Source: a virus
Taxonomy: Duplodnaviria; Caudoviricetes
Virus record (IMG/VR): IMGVR_UViG_3300010163_000006
Coordinates: 32,001 to 96,000 of that record
Direction: 5' to 3' (one strand)
DNA length: 64,000 bases
The translations under genes were made by a program, and so were the position numbers. The notes beneath the pieces were generated by a model. That model worked only from the letters and a program-made list of their open reading frames with translations. It made no database searches and had not been told where the DNA came from. Of the stretch, positions 1 through 10,943 are shown one piece after another; position 1 is the first letter of the stretch; each line of letters begins with the position of its first letter.

Positions 1-22
1 CTATAAAAGGAGAAAAATAGAA

Positions 23-2581
23 ATGAGAATCATTTATATTAAACTTAAAAATTTCATTGGTGTCCACGCCGCAATGGGATTAAGAGAACTCGAATTATCG
101 TTCGATCAAATCAACAAACCCATTATTCAGATCTATGGTAAGAATCGTTGTGGTAAGACTGTTCTTATCCAGCAACTGCATCCTTTCAGCAGTATCAATT
201 TGAACGGTGATGAACGATCTGATCTTTCATTGATATTACCAAAAGAAGAGGGAATCAAAAACATTGTGTATGAGGTTGATGGTGAGGTATACAATATCAC
301 TCACACATACAGTCCTACCAGAACAGGTCATACAATATCATCATCAATTCTTCATAATGGTGAGGAGTTGAATCCAAGTGGAGGTGTAACAGCGTTCAAC
401 TCCATTATCGAACGCATACTCGGTATCAATAAGTATGTATTCCAGTTCATTATAAATGGAACACAACTTACATCATTTGCCAATATGTCAACGACCCAAA
501 GAAAGAATCTTTTAAACAAAGCATTGGGTATTGACATATATGACAAGATACACAAGCTTGCGACTGATGATTATCGTTACACTAACAAACTCATCACATC
601 TCTCAACAATACCAAGGAATACATTTTATCAACATATGGCTCATATGAAACGTTATGTGCAATGTTAAATCAAAAACAGAATGAAGCCGATATGTTGGCA
701 AAACAGATTCTTGATACCAAATCCAACATGGATAAATTGTCAGGAGAGATATCTGTCATCAACAGCCAATCTCCACAGCAGGAATTACTTACAATCAATC
801 ACCGTCTCACCGCATACAAGAACGTCATAGATGAAATGGGGACATATGATCCGAATATGTATGATAAACTCATACAGGAACAAATAGATCTCAATTCATC
901 ATTGAGTTCATTAAAGAATCAAAGGACGATGATTCGTAAAGACATCGATCTTCTTTATGAAAAGAAAAACGATATCGAGAATACGATGATGGCAAGTAAA
1001 CGGGCAGCTGATGATTACAACAATATGCTCAATATGAGAGATGAGTTAAAACAAAAGATATCTGATATTTGTATCGAAATGCATGTAAGCGGTTCTTCAT
1101 CATATTACCGCAGTATGATCCAACCGGCACAAGCAATCAATGATACATGTACAGAAATCGTATCTTGTTTGAATGAGAATCATCTCAAAATGTTTACGGA
1201 AATGATTTCAAACGGAATCGATGTTAATGCGTTCCTTATTCAGGAAGGAAGTATTTTACTTGATTCAGAAAAAGAAATAAGTGCAGTATCACGTGTTAGA
1301 AGAATGATTGAAGGTGTTGAAGGTGAATGGACTGATAAGAAGTGTGATTTCCCAAATTGTTTGTACCGTAATACACACAAGATGTTGGAAACATATTTCA
1401 AATCATATCAAGGAGCAACATCATCACAATTTACCCAGTATGATCTTGAACAAATAGAACATGCCAACAAGAATGTTCAAACAATAAAACGTCTTCTTGG
1501 AATTGAAGTTCCTGTTGAATTGAAAGAGGTGTTTAATCTCAATACCATTATGATGAACATTCAAAAACGTCAGATCGGTATTGATGTTTCATATATTAAA
1601 TACCTGATGGAGGAAGCAGCAAAGGGTGAACAGAGAACACAATTCATTTCTCAACTTAGTGATGTTGAAAGAACTATCACTAATATGAAAGGTTTAATGT
1701 TACCTACTGACAATATGGATGACACAATCAGGGGTATTGAAGAAAAGATATCTGATCTTCGTAATAAAGATACGGATATAGATGGCCAGATTAGATCTTG
1801 TGAAGGATTACTTGATACAAATGACAGACAGAGATTACTGCTCTCTCAGGTAAAACATCTGAACATTGATGACCTGAATAGACGACATGGTCAACTCACT
1901 CTGTTAATCCAGAAACTCCATGATTCTGAGCAAACTTACAATCAGCTTTATACCACATACAATGAGATGATTATGCGATCAAACGTTCTTAACAATGAAC
2001 TCAAGAACTTATCTGATGCATATAATCAATATGTAAACACTGTTGCAGAGATTGACAAGCATGATACCATCAATGGTAGATACAAGATCATTGCCGAAGC
2101 GACAAGCAGTACCAAAGGAAAACCTGTTATTGCGATACGTGATACAGTAGAGAATGCTTTATCAATGACAAATAGATTACTTGACATCATGTATGACGGT
2201 GAGATAGAAATGTTGGATCCAGTGATTGATGAGAACAACTTCATTCTACCTTTCAGATGTGGTTCTCACATGTCATCAGACATCAGATATGGTTCACAAT
2301 CAGAAAGCACGTTATTGTCGCTTGCATTAGAAATGGCTTTGTCGTCTTTATTAACAAAATACAATGTGTTTTTGATAGATGAATGTGATGGATACCTCGA
2401 CTCGGAATTATCCGAATCATATATAACACTCCTCAAAAGTGTATTATCGGTCATTGGAAGTAGTCAGTGTTTCGTTATATCTCATCATGTTGGAATAGAT
2501 AATGAGCATTTAGATATCCATCAATTAAATTTAGAAAACGAGGTGATTAAACAATGTCAACAGAACAATGGAAAGATTTAA
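23..2581 (+). CDS. sbcC: SbcC/Rad50 (gp46)-like SMC-family ATPase
   Basis: N-terminal LKNFIG, Walker A GKNRCGKT, long coiled coil with central CDFPNC (putative Zn hook), signature-like GSQSE, Walker B FLIDECDGYLD, H-loop FVISHH; RBS AAGGAG. Confidence 0.9.
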   Translation: MRIIYIKLKNFIGVHAAMGLRELELSFDQINKPIIQIYGKNRCGKTVLIQQLHPFSSINLNGDERSDLSLILPKEEGIKNIVYEVDGEVYNITHTYSPTRTGHTISSSILHNGEELNPSGGVTAFNSIIERILGINKYVFQFIINGTQLTSFANMSTTQRKNLLNKALGIDIYDKIHKLATDDYRYTNKLITSLNNTKEYILSTYGSYETLCAMLNQKQNEADMLAKQILDTKSNMDKLSGEISVINSQSPQQELLTINHRLTAYKNVIDEMGTYDPNMYDKLIQEQIDLNSSLSSLKNQRTMIRKDIDLLYEKKNDIENTMMASKRAADDYNNMLNMRDELKQKISDICIEMHVSGSSSYYRSMIQPAQAINDTCTEIVSCLNENHLKMFTEMISNGIDVNAFLIQEGSILLDSEKEISAVSRVRRMIEGVEGEWTDKKCDFPNCLYRNTHKMLETYFKSYQGATSSQFTQYDLEQIEHANKNVQTIKRLLGIEVPVELKEVFNLNTIMMNIQKRQIGIDVSYIKYLMEEAAKGEQRTQFISQLSDVERTITNMKGLMLPTDNMDDTIRGIEEKISDLRNKDTDIDGQIRSCEGLLDTNDRQRLLLSQVKHLNIDDLNRRHGQLTLLIQKLHDSEQTYNQLYTTYNEMIMRSNVLNNELKNLSDAYNQYVNTVAEIDKHDTINGRYKIIAEATSSTKGKPVIAIRDTVENALSMTNRLLDIMYDGEIEMLDPVIDENNFILPFRCGSHMSSDIRYGSQSESTLLSLALEMALSSLLTKYNVFLIDECDGYLDSELSESYITLLKSVLSVIGSSQCFVISHHVGIDNEHLDIHQLNLENEVIKQCQQNNGKI

Positions 2582-3432
2582 ATCATTATCAGATCCAAAA
2601 AGGTTACAAAATATCGTCATACGGCAGAATTCGGTTTATGGATGGTGATCCATATGAACCAACATACCCATCATCAAACGGATATGTTTATTCATTATTT
2701 GGATTAAAAAGAAATGGAAATGATATGCCAAGATCACAATTATTTCCGATTGATGATTTGGTAGCGATAATGTTTCCTCCAGTTCCAGAAGAATTAAAAG
2801 ATAAACCATTAAATGTTAATCATATTGACGGTGATACACGTAATAATCATTTGACAAATTTGGAATGGATTGAAAGTGTTGAAGAATGGAAAGAAATAAC
2901 ATACCCGGGTGTAACCCCGGGTATGTATGAAATATCCAATTTGGGTAGAGTACGGAACAAGATGTACAAAGTTATTTTGAAACAATTCCCAAAGACCGGA
3001 GGATATATGAATGTGTCTCTTGGAAGTTATGGTGACAGAGGAAGGGTATCAGTTCACCGATTGGTCGCCCATGAATTTATCAAATGGATATCATTTACAT
3101 CAAAAGATGTTGTAAATCATATAAACGGAATTAAGACAGATAATAGGCCAAAAAATATCGAATTAATTTCCCAGAAGAATAACGTATGTCATGCATCAAA
3201 AACCGGGTTGTTTCCATCACACAAAGGCTCTAAAAATAATCGTGCTATTATAAATGAATCTATAGTAAAAATCATCTGCAATCTATTGGTGAAGTATAAT
3301 GGAGCAAGTTATGAAGTTCAGAAGGAATTGGAATCAAAAGGATTGCTGATAAATTTTGGAATTATTTCATGTATTAGAAATAAGGTAACATGGACAGAAA
3401 TATCTGACCATTATTTTTCGAAAGTTTCTTAG
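2554..3432 (+). CDS. Free-standing HNH homing endonuclease with tandem NUMOD4-HNH modules
   Basis: YKISSYGRIR ... NHIDGDTRNNHLTNLEW, then YEISNLGRVRN ... VHRLVAHEF ... NHINGIKTDNRPKNIE; overlaps the sbcC 3' end by 28 nt. Confidence 0.88.
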   Translation: MSTEQWKDLNHYQIQKGYKISSYGRIRFMDGDPYEPTYPSSNGYVYSLFGLKRNGNDMPRSQLFPIDDLVAIMFPPVPEELKDKPLNVNHIDGDTRNNHLTNLEWIESVEEWKEITYPGVTPGMYEISNLGRVRNKMYKVILKQFPKTGGYMNVSLGSYGDRGRVSVHRLVAHEFIKWISFTSKDVVNHINGIKTDNRPKNIELISQKNNVCHASKTGLFPSHKGSKNNRAIINESIVKIICNLLVKYNGASYEVQKELESKGLLINFGIISCIRNKVTWTEISDHYFSKVS

Positions 3433-3437
3433 ATGTT

Positions 3438-3935
3438 ATGGTATCAGTGGGTGAGTCAATGGCAAATTGTTACAAATCAGAAGAACTTGAGGTTATTAAA
3501 AGAACTGAGGAAATTCTTCGTTCACATGGAGAAGTGGAAACTGCTGATGCACTAAAGAAGATCAGATACACCGCGACGGAAATCAGTGGATCAATGACAT
3601 CATCACCAAGAACAACCACCAGTACCAACAGAAGCACATTGGAACTGAAGATCGATGTCGAGAAGGCATTGAGCAAGTATTTCAAGAAGGACTGTGGTTT
3701 GTATAAGATTACAAATGATATTTGGGCAAAGGTTTTATACGACACAAACGGCGTGAGCATCATTATGCATCATAACGAGTTCACACTCGGACGTATCAAC
3801 ATGGATGATAAAACCCAGACGAGAATACGTATCGACGGGAATGGACATATTGTTCGTGCAGAAGTACTTGGCACCTATGCATACAGGCCTGAGTTCCAGA
3901 ATGCAATCGACAAGGTTCTGTCTATTCTCAGATGA
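3438..3935 (+). CDS. Hypothetical protein (start could be 3459)
   Basis: 165-aa ORF directly after the HNH gene, followed by a terminator. Confidence 0.6.
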   Translation: MVSVGESMANCYKSEELEVIKRTEEILRSHGEVETADALKKIRYTATEISGSMTSSPRTTTSTNRSTLELKIDVEKALSKYFKKDCGLYKITNDIWAKVLYDTNGVSIIMHHNEFTLGRINMDDKTQTRIRIDGNGHIVRAEVLGTYAYRPEFQNAIDKVLSILR

Positions 3936-3947
3936 AACAAGTATAAG

Positions 3948-3971
3948 CAACCGGGACATATGTCCCGGTTG
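3948..3971. terminator. Intrinsic terminator between convergent genes
   Basis: Perfect 24-nt palindrome CAACCGGGACATATGTCCCGGTTG followed by a T-tract. Confidence 0.8.
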
Positions 3972-3985
3972 TATTTTTTTTTCTT

Positions 3986-6949
3986 TCATCGAACATTTCC
4001 GTAGTAGTTAGAAGGAATCATATCGACATTATCAACGTTGATAATTATTTTGTATGAATCTCCCGTGCTGACGATATTTGCAATTACTTCAGTATCATCA
4101 CTGATACTGAACGGTGTTTTGGTTATTCTTTTTCCATCGTCATACCAAATATCATATCCTGTATTGATGATATTTTTGTATGCTGCCTTGAGTCGGAATA
4201 ATGCTTCGTCATATAACATACCAACATTATCATCCTGCATGTTATAATATACATCAGCACATGATACATCATACATTGTCATTGAATCGTTTGGTGCGAT
4301 TTGCATTACACCATGATCAATTTCATCAAACAGTTTCATCATTTCAGAGTTTCCACCATTATCAAATATTCCACCAAATATGAATGTAAACTCTTCTTTG
4401 GTGAATTCAACCATGTATGATTTGAAATATGATATCACTTCTTTAAGGATCCTGAAATACTCTTCAGAACCAAGGGCCTTACACTCCAATGCTGCAAGCG
4501 ATGTATTGGCATATGTTTCCAATGCTTTAATAATAGATCTTAGCATGAGTATAATATTATCATTACCATCAGCTTTCTGTTGAAGCATGTATTCATATAA
4601 TGTGGGATTTGATATCATCAACAAATTCTCAAATGTTGTAGGACCATATACTGAACTGCCGAGATCGATATTCACTTTGTCGATTATAATCCTCTTGTAA
4701 TTTTCTTTCACCTTTGGAGATAACGTTGATCGTTGTACATCTATGTCTTTTGTGTATGACATCATTTTGGCATCGAACAAACCAACAAATGTTCGGTTTC
4801 TGAAAACCGTTTCACCGTTAATCTCATAAGTGTAAGCATTGTTATTCAATATATCATGTAGATAGATATCATATTCTTTTTTGTTGTATGTTATTGTGAA
4901 ATCTGGTTCAACCAATTTTCCAGTATTGTCAATATAACCCGGTGATTTAAAGAAAGACTTCAGATGCTCCAGCTCAATTGATGAAATACCGTATTTTTCA
5001 CATAATAACTTATCCGTGTCGATCGATGATTCTTCGTACCAATCACGAACCGGATCAACCAAGAACAATGCATTGAAAGTGTCTGTTACTTGTCGGAACT
5101 GCCGGATGGTTCGGCATGATCTAAGCTTCTCTTCAAGATATTTGTAGATCAGTTTTATATCCGTCATTAACATTTCGCCCGGGTTTGTATTATGCATATC
5201 GAGCACTTTGTTCAACATATCCATGAATCGAGTAGGTTCGAGATATTCATATTCGTACATTGCCATGTATGCATTAATATCCGTGTTTCTTATATTGAAA
5301 TTGAAAGATGCTATCTTAAAAGGCCACCCCTCTTTCAATGGATTAGGTTCAAATCCTGTCATGCCATTGAATAACATATCCAAACACATATACTTTCCTT
5401 CAGATGGTATGTACATATTACCTGACAATGGGTTTCCTTTAAAATCCAACATCTGCCAATGCATCATTATTATCAATGATAACACAGCATCATATACTGA
5501 CATTGTTGAGCTGCCATTGATGTTCCTGTTTATATTCAACAATGTCGTTGATGTTTCTTGCCTTCTGTCAAGTAATCCTCTTAAGAAGATGACACATTGC
5601 CACCATATGTCAGACATCGACATGTGGGTTGACAATTGAATATACTTTGAATTCGACAACGTGAAATTCATATCTTCTAACATTGTATCTATCTCGGTAC
5701 AATTCCACCAGCGTGGATCTCCTGATGTTATTTCTTTCAAACTATATTCTTTTTTATTCTCACGGAATTTAAAATATGATGTGTTATCATCAGCAGTACC
5801 CATTCTCCTGAATACTATATTCTGAACAGGTTTCCCATCTCTGTATACTGGGATACCATCTTGGAATACTTGTTGCTTTACCATGACGAGAGTGTATATG
5901 TCAGTGTCCTGATAACCTATAAGGTCCTTGACTCTGTATACAACGTTTGTTCCCTTATCCATTAACAGTAAACGAAATTTCTTCAGGAACTCTATCATTG
6001 GTGCGCCTTCCATTATAACAGAGGGTAATCCATATAATGTGAACAGATTATTTGCAGTGACATTATTCATGTATATGAGTTTATTTGACTTTCGTTGGAA
6101 TTCATTCATTGATGCACCAATAGACATATAGATCGTCAAGAATCTTATAAGTGAATTGTAATTGGGGTATATACTTGAAAAATCTCCCCTTAATGTTTGA
6201 TACACATAGTTTCTTGTTGATTTATAGATGTTACTGAATGCATGAACGATATTCGGTTCAACAGAGACATTTCCGAAGACGTTATGGTACGTGGATAACT
6301 TAGAATCATTTATCATCATGATATCTCCATCCCTGGCTTTTCTCGATACGTTTATCGGTATAGAATTACCACCAATGTATCTCAGATAAATTGCGTTGGG
6401 ATGTGCCTTCACCATTGGTTCATAGAACTCCGAATTCATAAACAGTTCCTGATATTTTGAAGGAAGTTCATGTATCGGTTCTGATCTTTGTATTACTGCA
6501 TCGGCACTATAACGTTCATAGAATTCATTGGGAATCATTAATATTTCATCAGCAGGTGTTTTATCATCACCCCTAAATGGTTTTCCTGTCAAATTGACAT
6601 AGTATTTGTTTGGTTCCTTGTACATTGAAATGAACTTTTCCCGAGCTCTTGTCAACAAGGTGTCTTTTATATTTACAGGGATCATCACCGGATTCTTCAT
6701 TAATAAAAAAATACGATCTTCATCATATCCTGCCTTTGCTAAAATATCATAAACTTCATACTCTTCATATTTATATGACTCGAAAATGTCGGTCTTTGTA
6801 ACAGCCCTTACATATGCTTCCCCGTTACGTTTAGAATCAAGTGTTTCGTACTTATCCGCTTCCTCCTGATTCTTGAACTCGGAGTTCTTTATTATGAGCT
6901 GTAATTTAAGTAAATATTCAGCCATAGGATTCGCTATCTGAGCACCCAC
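3986..6949 (-). CDS. Large probable virion/baseplate wedge-like protein
   Basis: 987-aa ORF with AAGGAG RBS; segment LFTLYGLP...KKFRLLLMDKGTNVV...LIG resembles the KGT motif of P2 gpI-type baseplate wedge domains (weak). Confidence 0.45.
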   Translation of the reverse strand: MGAQIANPMAEYLLKLQLIIKNSEFKNQEEADKYETLDSKRNGEAYVRAVTKTDIFESYKYEEYEVYDILAKAGYDEDRIFLLMKNPVMIPVNIKDTLLTRAREKFISMYKEPNKYYVNLTGKPFRGDDKTPADEILMIPNEFYERYSADAVIQRSEPIHELPSKYQELFMNSEFYEPMVKAHPNAIYLRYIGGNSIPINVSRKARDGDIMMINDSKLSTYHNVFGNVSVEPNIVHAFSNIYKSTRNYVYQTLRGDFSSIYPNYNSLIRFLTIYMSIGASMNEFQRKSNKLIYMNNVTANNLFTLYGLPSVIMEGAPMIEFLKKFRLLLMDKGTNVVYRVKDLIGYQDTDIYTLVMVKQQVFQDGIPVYRDGKPVQNIVFRRMGTADDNTSYFKFRENKKEYSLKEITSGDPRWWNCTEIDTMLEDMNFTLSNSKYIQLSTHMSMSDIWWQCVIFLRGLLDRRQETSTTLLNINRNINGSSTMSVYDAVLSLIIMMHWQMLDFKGNPLSGNMYIPSEGKYMCLDMLFNGMTGFEPNPLKEGWPFKIASFNFNIRNTDINAYMAMYEYEYLEPTRFMDMLNKVLDMHNTNPGEMLMTDIKLIYKYLEEKLRSCRTIRQFRQVTDTFNALFLVDPVRDWYEESSIDTDKLLCEKYGISSIELEHLKSFFKSPGYIDNTGKLVEPDFTITYNKKEYDIYLHDILNNNAYTYEINGETVFRNRTFVGLFDAKMMSYTKDIDVQRSTLSPKVKENYKRIIIDKVNIDLGSSVYGPTTFENLLMISNPTLYEYMLQQKADGNDNIILMLRSIIKALETYANTSLAALECKALGSEEYFRILKEVISYFKSYMVEFTKEEFTFIFGGIFDNGGNSEMMKLFDEIDHGVMQIAPNDSMTMYDVSCADVYYNMQDDNVGMLYDEALFRLKAAYKNIINTGYDIWYDDGKRITKTPFSISDDTEVIANIVSTGDSYKIIINVDNVDMIPSNYYGNVR

Positions 6950-7006
6950 TTATATCACTCCTTTAGATAAAAAAAAATAACCGAGCGGAATTGCTCGGTT
7001 ATTAAT

Positions 7007-7921
7007 TCAGAATAAACCAGAATCAGCACCATCATCATCTTCCATGAAGTCAATATACTCTTGGTTCGCTCTACCAATGATATCCTCCCAATTGTTTATT
7101 AACAGATTTGAAGTTCCATTTATACTTCTAACCGGATTGATCGTTTCGGTACAACGACCAATAATGATTTCTCTGATGTGGTCCAATGAATAGTTACCCG
7201 GAGGTAACGGATCATCTGGAAACAACAGATGATAGAGTAACATGGTGGTATCAAAATCATACGCAAGTAAATGTGTTCTCAGATTGGAGATGGAACTGTA
7301 ATATTCCGAACTCGTTAGTGCCTGTGTAAAGTTTAACAGAAGATCAGCATTTCTTATTTCTTTAATGATTTGCTTTCCTCTCTCTTTGTTCCCTGTGTAC
7401 GTGCTGTATCCCCGACAGTCTTGTCTATACATGGGATCAATGAATAATATGTCAACACCAAAATTCATCGAAAGATATTGACATATTATATGCCCAAATT
7501 TAAGCAGTCGGGGAAAATCCTCAAACATCAGTATCTGGATACCGTTTCCCTGAAGAGGATCTTTAAATAGGAAATTGTAAACAGCAGTAAATGTTTCCGG
7601 ATTGTTTAGATGATGAACATAACTGTCCTCTCCAGAAACGTAACCACGTTCATCACTACCCATAACATATTCAACATCATGGGGTGTCGGGTCAATGCAT
7701 GTGCTGTACTTAACATTATGAACTGTGGCAAACTGTTTGACATCAACTTTTCCAGATGTAACGATTTCACCATATTCGTTGTATCCCATGTTCTCATTGA
7801 CATATGCCATGGCTTTGTTTGTTCTCTTATCACCAACATAATAGTTGGCTTTCAACAAAGTATCAGCATTCATCAACTGTGTCAAGACATTCAGGAAACA
7901 TCTTTTACTTGTTACGATCAT
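7007..7921 (-). CDS. Hypothetical protein
   Basis: About 304-aa ORF, RBS AAGGAG, followed by hairpin 6976-7003. Confidence 0.7.
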   Translation of the reverse strand: MIVTSKRCFLNVLTQLMNADTLLKANYYVGDKRTNKAMAYVNENMGYNEYGEIVTSGKVDVKQFATVHNVKYSTCIDPTPHDVEYVMGSDERGYVSGEDSYVHHLNNPETFTAVYNFLFKDPLQGNGIQILMFEDFPRLLKFGHIICQYLSMNFGVDILFIDPMYRQDCRGYSTYTGNKERGKQIIKEIRNADLLLNFTQALTSSEYYSSISNLRTHLLAYDFDTTMLLYHLLFPDDPLPPGNYSLDHIREIIIGRCTETINPVRSINGTSNLLINNWEDIIGRANQEYIDFMEDDDGADSGLF

Positions 7922-7999
7922 TACGATCACTCCTTTCGAATATATAAAATATATACGAGATTTTTATTTTTTATGCCCGGGATTTCCCGGGCATATGTT

Positions 8000-8542
8000 T
8001 TATTCTTCATCTACAGCTGTTTGTGTTTCCAGATAGATTGCTCCAAAAAAATTCCATATAGCCGCAATATGATGAGGTTCATCCGTTTCTCCTGAAATCC
8101 ATTGACATAAGTGTCTCAATCCGGAATCGCGGAAACTCTGTGCGGGAATTCCCTTCTTCCAATTATCGGCACCATATTTATCGGCTCCTTTTTCGTAATG
8201 CACAGCAAGTTCACGAAGCATCTTGGTAAAGCCGATCAAAAAATCGGATTGATGTATGATGATCTCGGTTTTATCCATTATGCTGTCTTTTGTGTATTTC
8301 TCATTAACGATAGATATTATGGATGTAATATAATCTCCTTTGTATGCAGAAGCTAATGCCACACTCTTGTAGTCATTGACATGTAAATCGTTCGTCCATA
8401 CATACTTAAAGATCTCAGCAATAACCTCATATGGTATGAGATCGAAACGACCCTTTCCAGTTTTCGTGTAGCGTATGCCACCACCTTCGAACTGATGGAA
8501 TTCCCCATCCATCTTAATTTCATAATCTTTTGTATCTTCCAT
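8000..8542 (-). CDS. dATP/dGTP diphosphohydrolase-like (DUF5664) protein
   Basis: GGGIRYTKTGKGRFDLIP and HYEKGADKYGADNWKKGIP...DSGLRHL...DEPHHIAAIWN motifs. Confidence 0.75.
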   Translation of the reverse strand: MEDTKDYEIKMDGEFHQFEGGGIRYTKTGKGRFDLIPYEVIAEIFKYVWTNDLHVNDYKSVALASAYKGDYITSIISIVNEKYTKDSIMDKTEIIIHQSDFLIGFTKMLRELAVHYEKGADKYGADNWKKGIPAQSFRDSGLRHLCQWISGETDEPHHIAAIWNFFGAIYLETQTAVDEE

Positions 8543-8613
8543 ATTAATTAATCCTTTCAATATAAAAAAAAATAACGGGGATATTATTCATATCCCCGTA
8601 TATGTGTTAATTG

Positions 8614-9615
8614 TTACTTCTCTTCATCCTTCTTACTTGTCGTTGGAACAGACTCCTGATTGGGCTTAATGCTTTCTGCTGAATTACCAGTACCGCGTTC
8701 CTTCAAACCAAAGTCAATCGGTTTTCCTTCAAAACAACAAGAATGAGCAGAGGCGTATCCAAGAAATCCAAGCATTTTATCAGATGTAAACATCTTGGAT
8801 ATCGCGGAGATGATATCAGCAGGATGTTTGAGATCACTCAAACAAACGGTTATCGCTGTCGATTCTCCGTTATTGTTTGACACAACAACATTCGAATTGA
8901 TATAATCATCGTTTCCGTTCATTGCATAATGGAAGATCGAAGCCATCATATTGACATCATCGGTGTCGCCCGTAAAGTTGATTTCGAGTATAGGACCATT
9001 ATAAGGTTTCCCAGAATTGTCTTCGCTCTGTTCCTTATTCTCTTCAGACTCATCTACTTCGTACAGTCTTCCCGTCTTTGGATCTTTCTTCAGCATCTTA
9101 CCTTGTGGAGCATGATGAGTGAGTACAGCGCCTTCGGGCAGTTCATAGATTTCCCTATATTTCTGGGTATTGTTAGCTGGACCCGCTGTGGCCCCGCCGG
9201 TTTCAGTAGAACTGAGAGGTTTTACACTTACGCCGAAAGGGTTTTTTGATGGTGAAGCCGCTGAAAAGGGCCCTTCCCAATCGTTGATGTAGTCAAATAC
9301 CCCCGCATCAAACAACTTTACCAATGTGTCAATGTACAGCTTAACAAAATCTTTCGTGCTCTTGTAAGTGCATTCCGTCAGGGCCACGTATTCCTTAGCA
9401 GTACAATTCTCCAGAATAGCCTTCATACGCAAACCTGGATGCAGACAAAGCGGTAGGGATCCCGCAGGTACTCCGATATCACCACTCAGATTAGTACGTA
9501 TTGCTATAGGATGTATTCTTTCATCTCTTAAGAACCCGGATCTTTTTCCGGACTCAATCAGTGATGCATTTTCATCCATGAGCTCTTTGAACTGTGCAAA
9601 GATGTTATCCTTCAT
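8614..9615 (-). CDS. Hypothetical protein
   Basis: Long ORF, GGAGG RBS, own promoter-like motif upstream and hairpin terminator downstream. Confidence 0.7.
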   Translation of the reverse strand: MKDNIFAQFKELMDENASLIESGKRSGFLRDERIHPIAIRTNLSGDIGVPAGSLPLCLHPGLRMKAILENCTAKEYVALTECTYKSTKDFVKLYIDTLVKLFDAGVFDYINDWEGPFSAASPSKNPFGVSVKPLSSTETGGATAGPANNTQKYREIYELPEGAVLTHHAPQGKMLKKDPKTGRLYEVDESEENKEQSEDNSGKPYNGPILEINFTGDTDDVNMMASIFHYAMNGNDDYINSNVVVSNNNGESTAITVCLSDLKHPADIISAISKMFTSDKMLGFLGYASAHSCCFEGKPIDFGLKERGTGNSAESIKPNQESVPTTSKKDEEK

Positions 9616-9687
9616 TTTTGTTTCCTCCATTTAAAGTCCGAAGACTGTAATATTTGAATAAAGATATTTGCTCTCTTTATTCAAATA

Positions 9688-9700
9688 AATAATATGTATA
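9688..9700 (-). promoter_or_regulatory. Putative phage early-type promoter motif (TATACATATTATT) followed by a 14-bp 5' hairpin (9651-9687)
   Basis: Same AT-rich motif recurs upstream of several transcription units in the window. Confidence 0.5.
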
Positions 9701-9746
9701 CCGATAATAAAAATAATAGGACCGGGATTATCCCGGTCCTTTATAA

Positions 9747-10259
9747 TTATTTATTGTCTGTAGAACCGTCATCAACAACTTCGACTTCTAACTCTTCTGA
9801 AGCTTCGTTGATAGTGTCTTCTGCCTGAGCAGCTTCACAGGTGGATTCGGATAACTCTTCCTCAATAAGCTGTTCATAAAGAGCCCGGGTGTTGATTGTC
9901 GAAATCTCCGTAAACCAGTCAACGATCTGTTTCTTAGTACCAACATCGAATGTCTTGTTATAGACCTCGTTATAGTCTTCATCACGTGCTCCTACGGTAC
10001 AGCGGGCAACCAAATGATCATCCTGTATTGTCTTTACCAGTATAACAACCTTAGTATCGTTGAAGTCGGGCTGAACCGTACAGTCAATTGTGTTGGTTGT
10101 GACACGATAGATCTTTGTTTCCGGATTTACATTCACAGATATGTCCGGACCGAATGTACGGGGAGCAAGAGCCAATACATAGTCTGTCAGAGCATATACG
10201 ATTTTAACACCTTCGATTGATTCCTCCATCAATTTAGCGGTAATTTCATTCATTGTCAT
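9747..10259 (-). CDS. Hypothetical acidic protein
   Basis: 170-aa ORF with AAGGAG RBS, overlapping the upstream gene. Confidence 0.7.
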   Translation of the reverse strand: MTMNEITAKLMEESIEGVKIVYALTDYVLALAPRTFGPDISVNVNPETKIYRVTTNTIDCTVQPDFNDTKVVILVKTIQDDHLVARCTVGARDEDYNEVYNKTFDVGTKKQIVDWFTEISTINTRALYEQLIEEELSESTCEAAQAEDTINEASEELEVEVVDDGSTDNK

Positions 10260-10929
10260 CTATCTCCTTTTCGACATAATCCTCGGCAGGGATATCTGCA
10301 TCAACATCATTATCGTATTCATCTGCATCATCGTCATCATGACAATATTCCTCATCTTCACGATAATATCTTTCATCGTCACATTCCATTTCCTGGTCAT
10401 CAGCAAGTGATTCATCGTACTCATCCGCGAATTGTTCAATCATTTCGCGATCTTCATCCGACATTGCATTGTCCGCGAGAATGATGAATTTAGAAATAGA
10501 ATATTCATCCATATCTATACAGAATATGAAGAACCAGAACATCGGATTGAGACAATCCGGATAATCATACTCGGTGACCTTGACCGCCATCTCGTATACT
10601 TCTCTGGGAATGTTCCATACAAATGATTTCTGGAGCACTTCTGCCAGAGGTATCTCCTTGAAATACTTGTCTCTGAACTCTAATAACCATGTCAAGACAT
10701 CAGCAATCTCATTATCTTTTAAAGATGTTGCATCATATCCCTGTGGAGGTTCATTATTTTTATTCGAAATGTCATTGATCATTTCCATGATCTTTTTAAC
10801 GTTGTCACTAAGTTCAACGTATTTGTCATCGGTCTTTGTTTCAACCGATTGAATGTTAGGTTCAGGAACTACCACCGGTTGTTGTATAACCGGTGGATCT
10901 GAAACCTTTAACATATCCCAATATTTCAT
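10246..10929 (-). CDS. Hypothetical protein with highly acidic C-terminus
   Basis: AAGGAGG RBS before MKYWD; D/E-rich tail. Confidence 0.7.
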   Translation of the reverse strand: MKYWDMLKVSDPPVIQQPVVVPEPNIQSVETKTDDKYVELSDNVKKIMEMINDISNKNNEPPQGYDATSLKDNEIADVLTWLLEFRDKYFKEIPLAEVLQKSFVWNIPREVYEMAVKVTEYDYPDCLNPMFWFFIFCIDMDEYSISKFIILADNAMSDEDREMIEQFADEYDESLADDQEMECDDERYYREDEEYCHDDDDADEYDNDVDADIPAEDYVEKEIDDNE

Positions 10930-10943
10930 TGTCGTATCCTCCT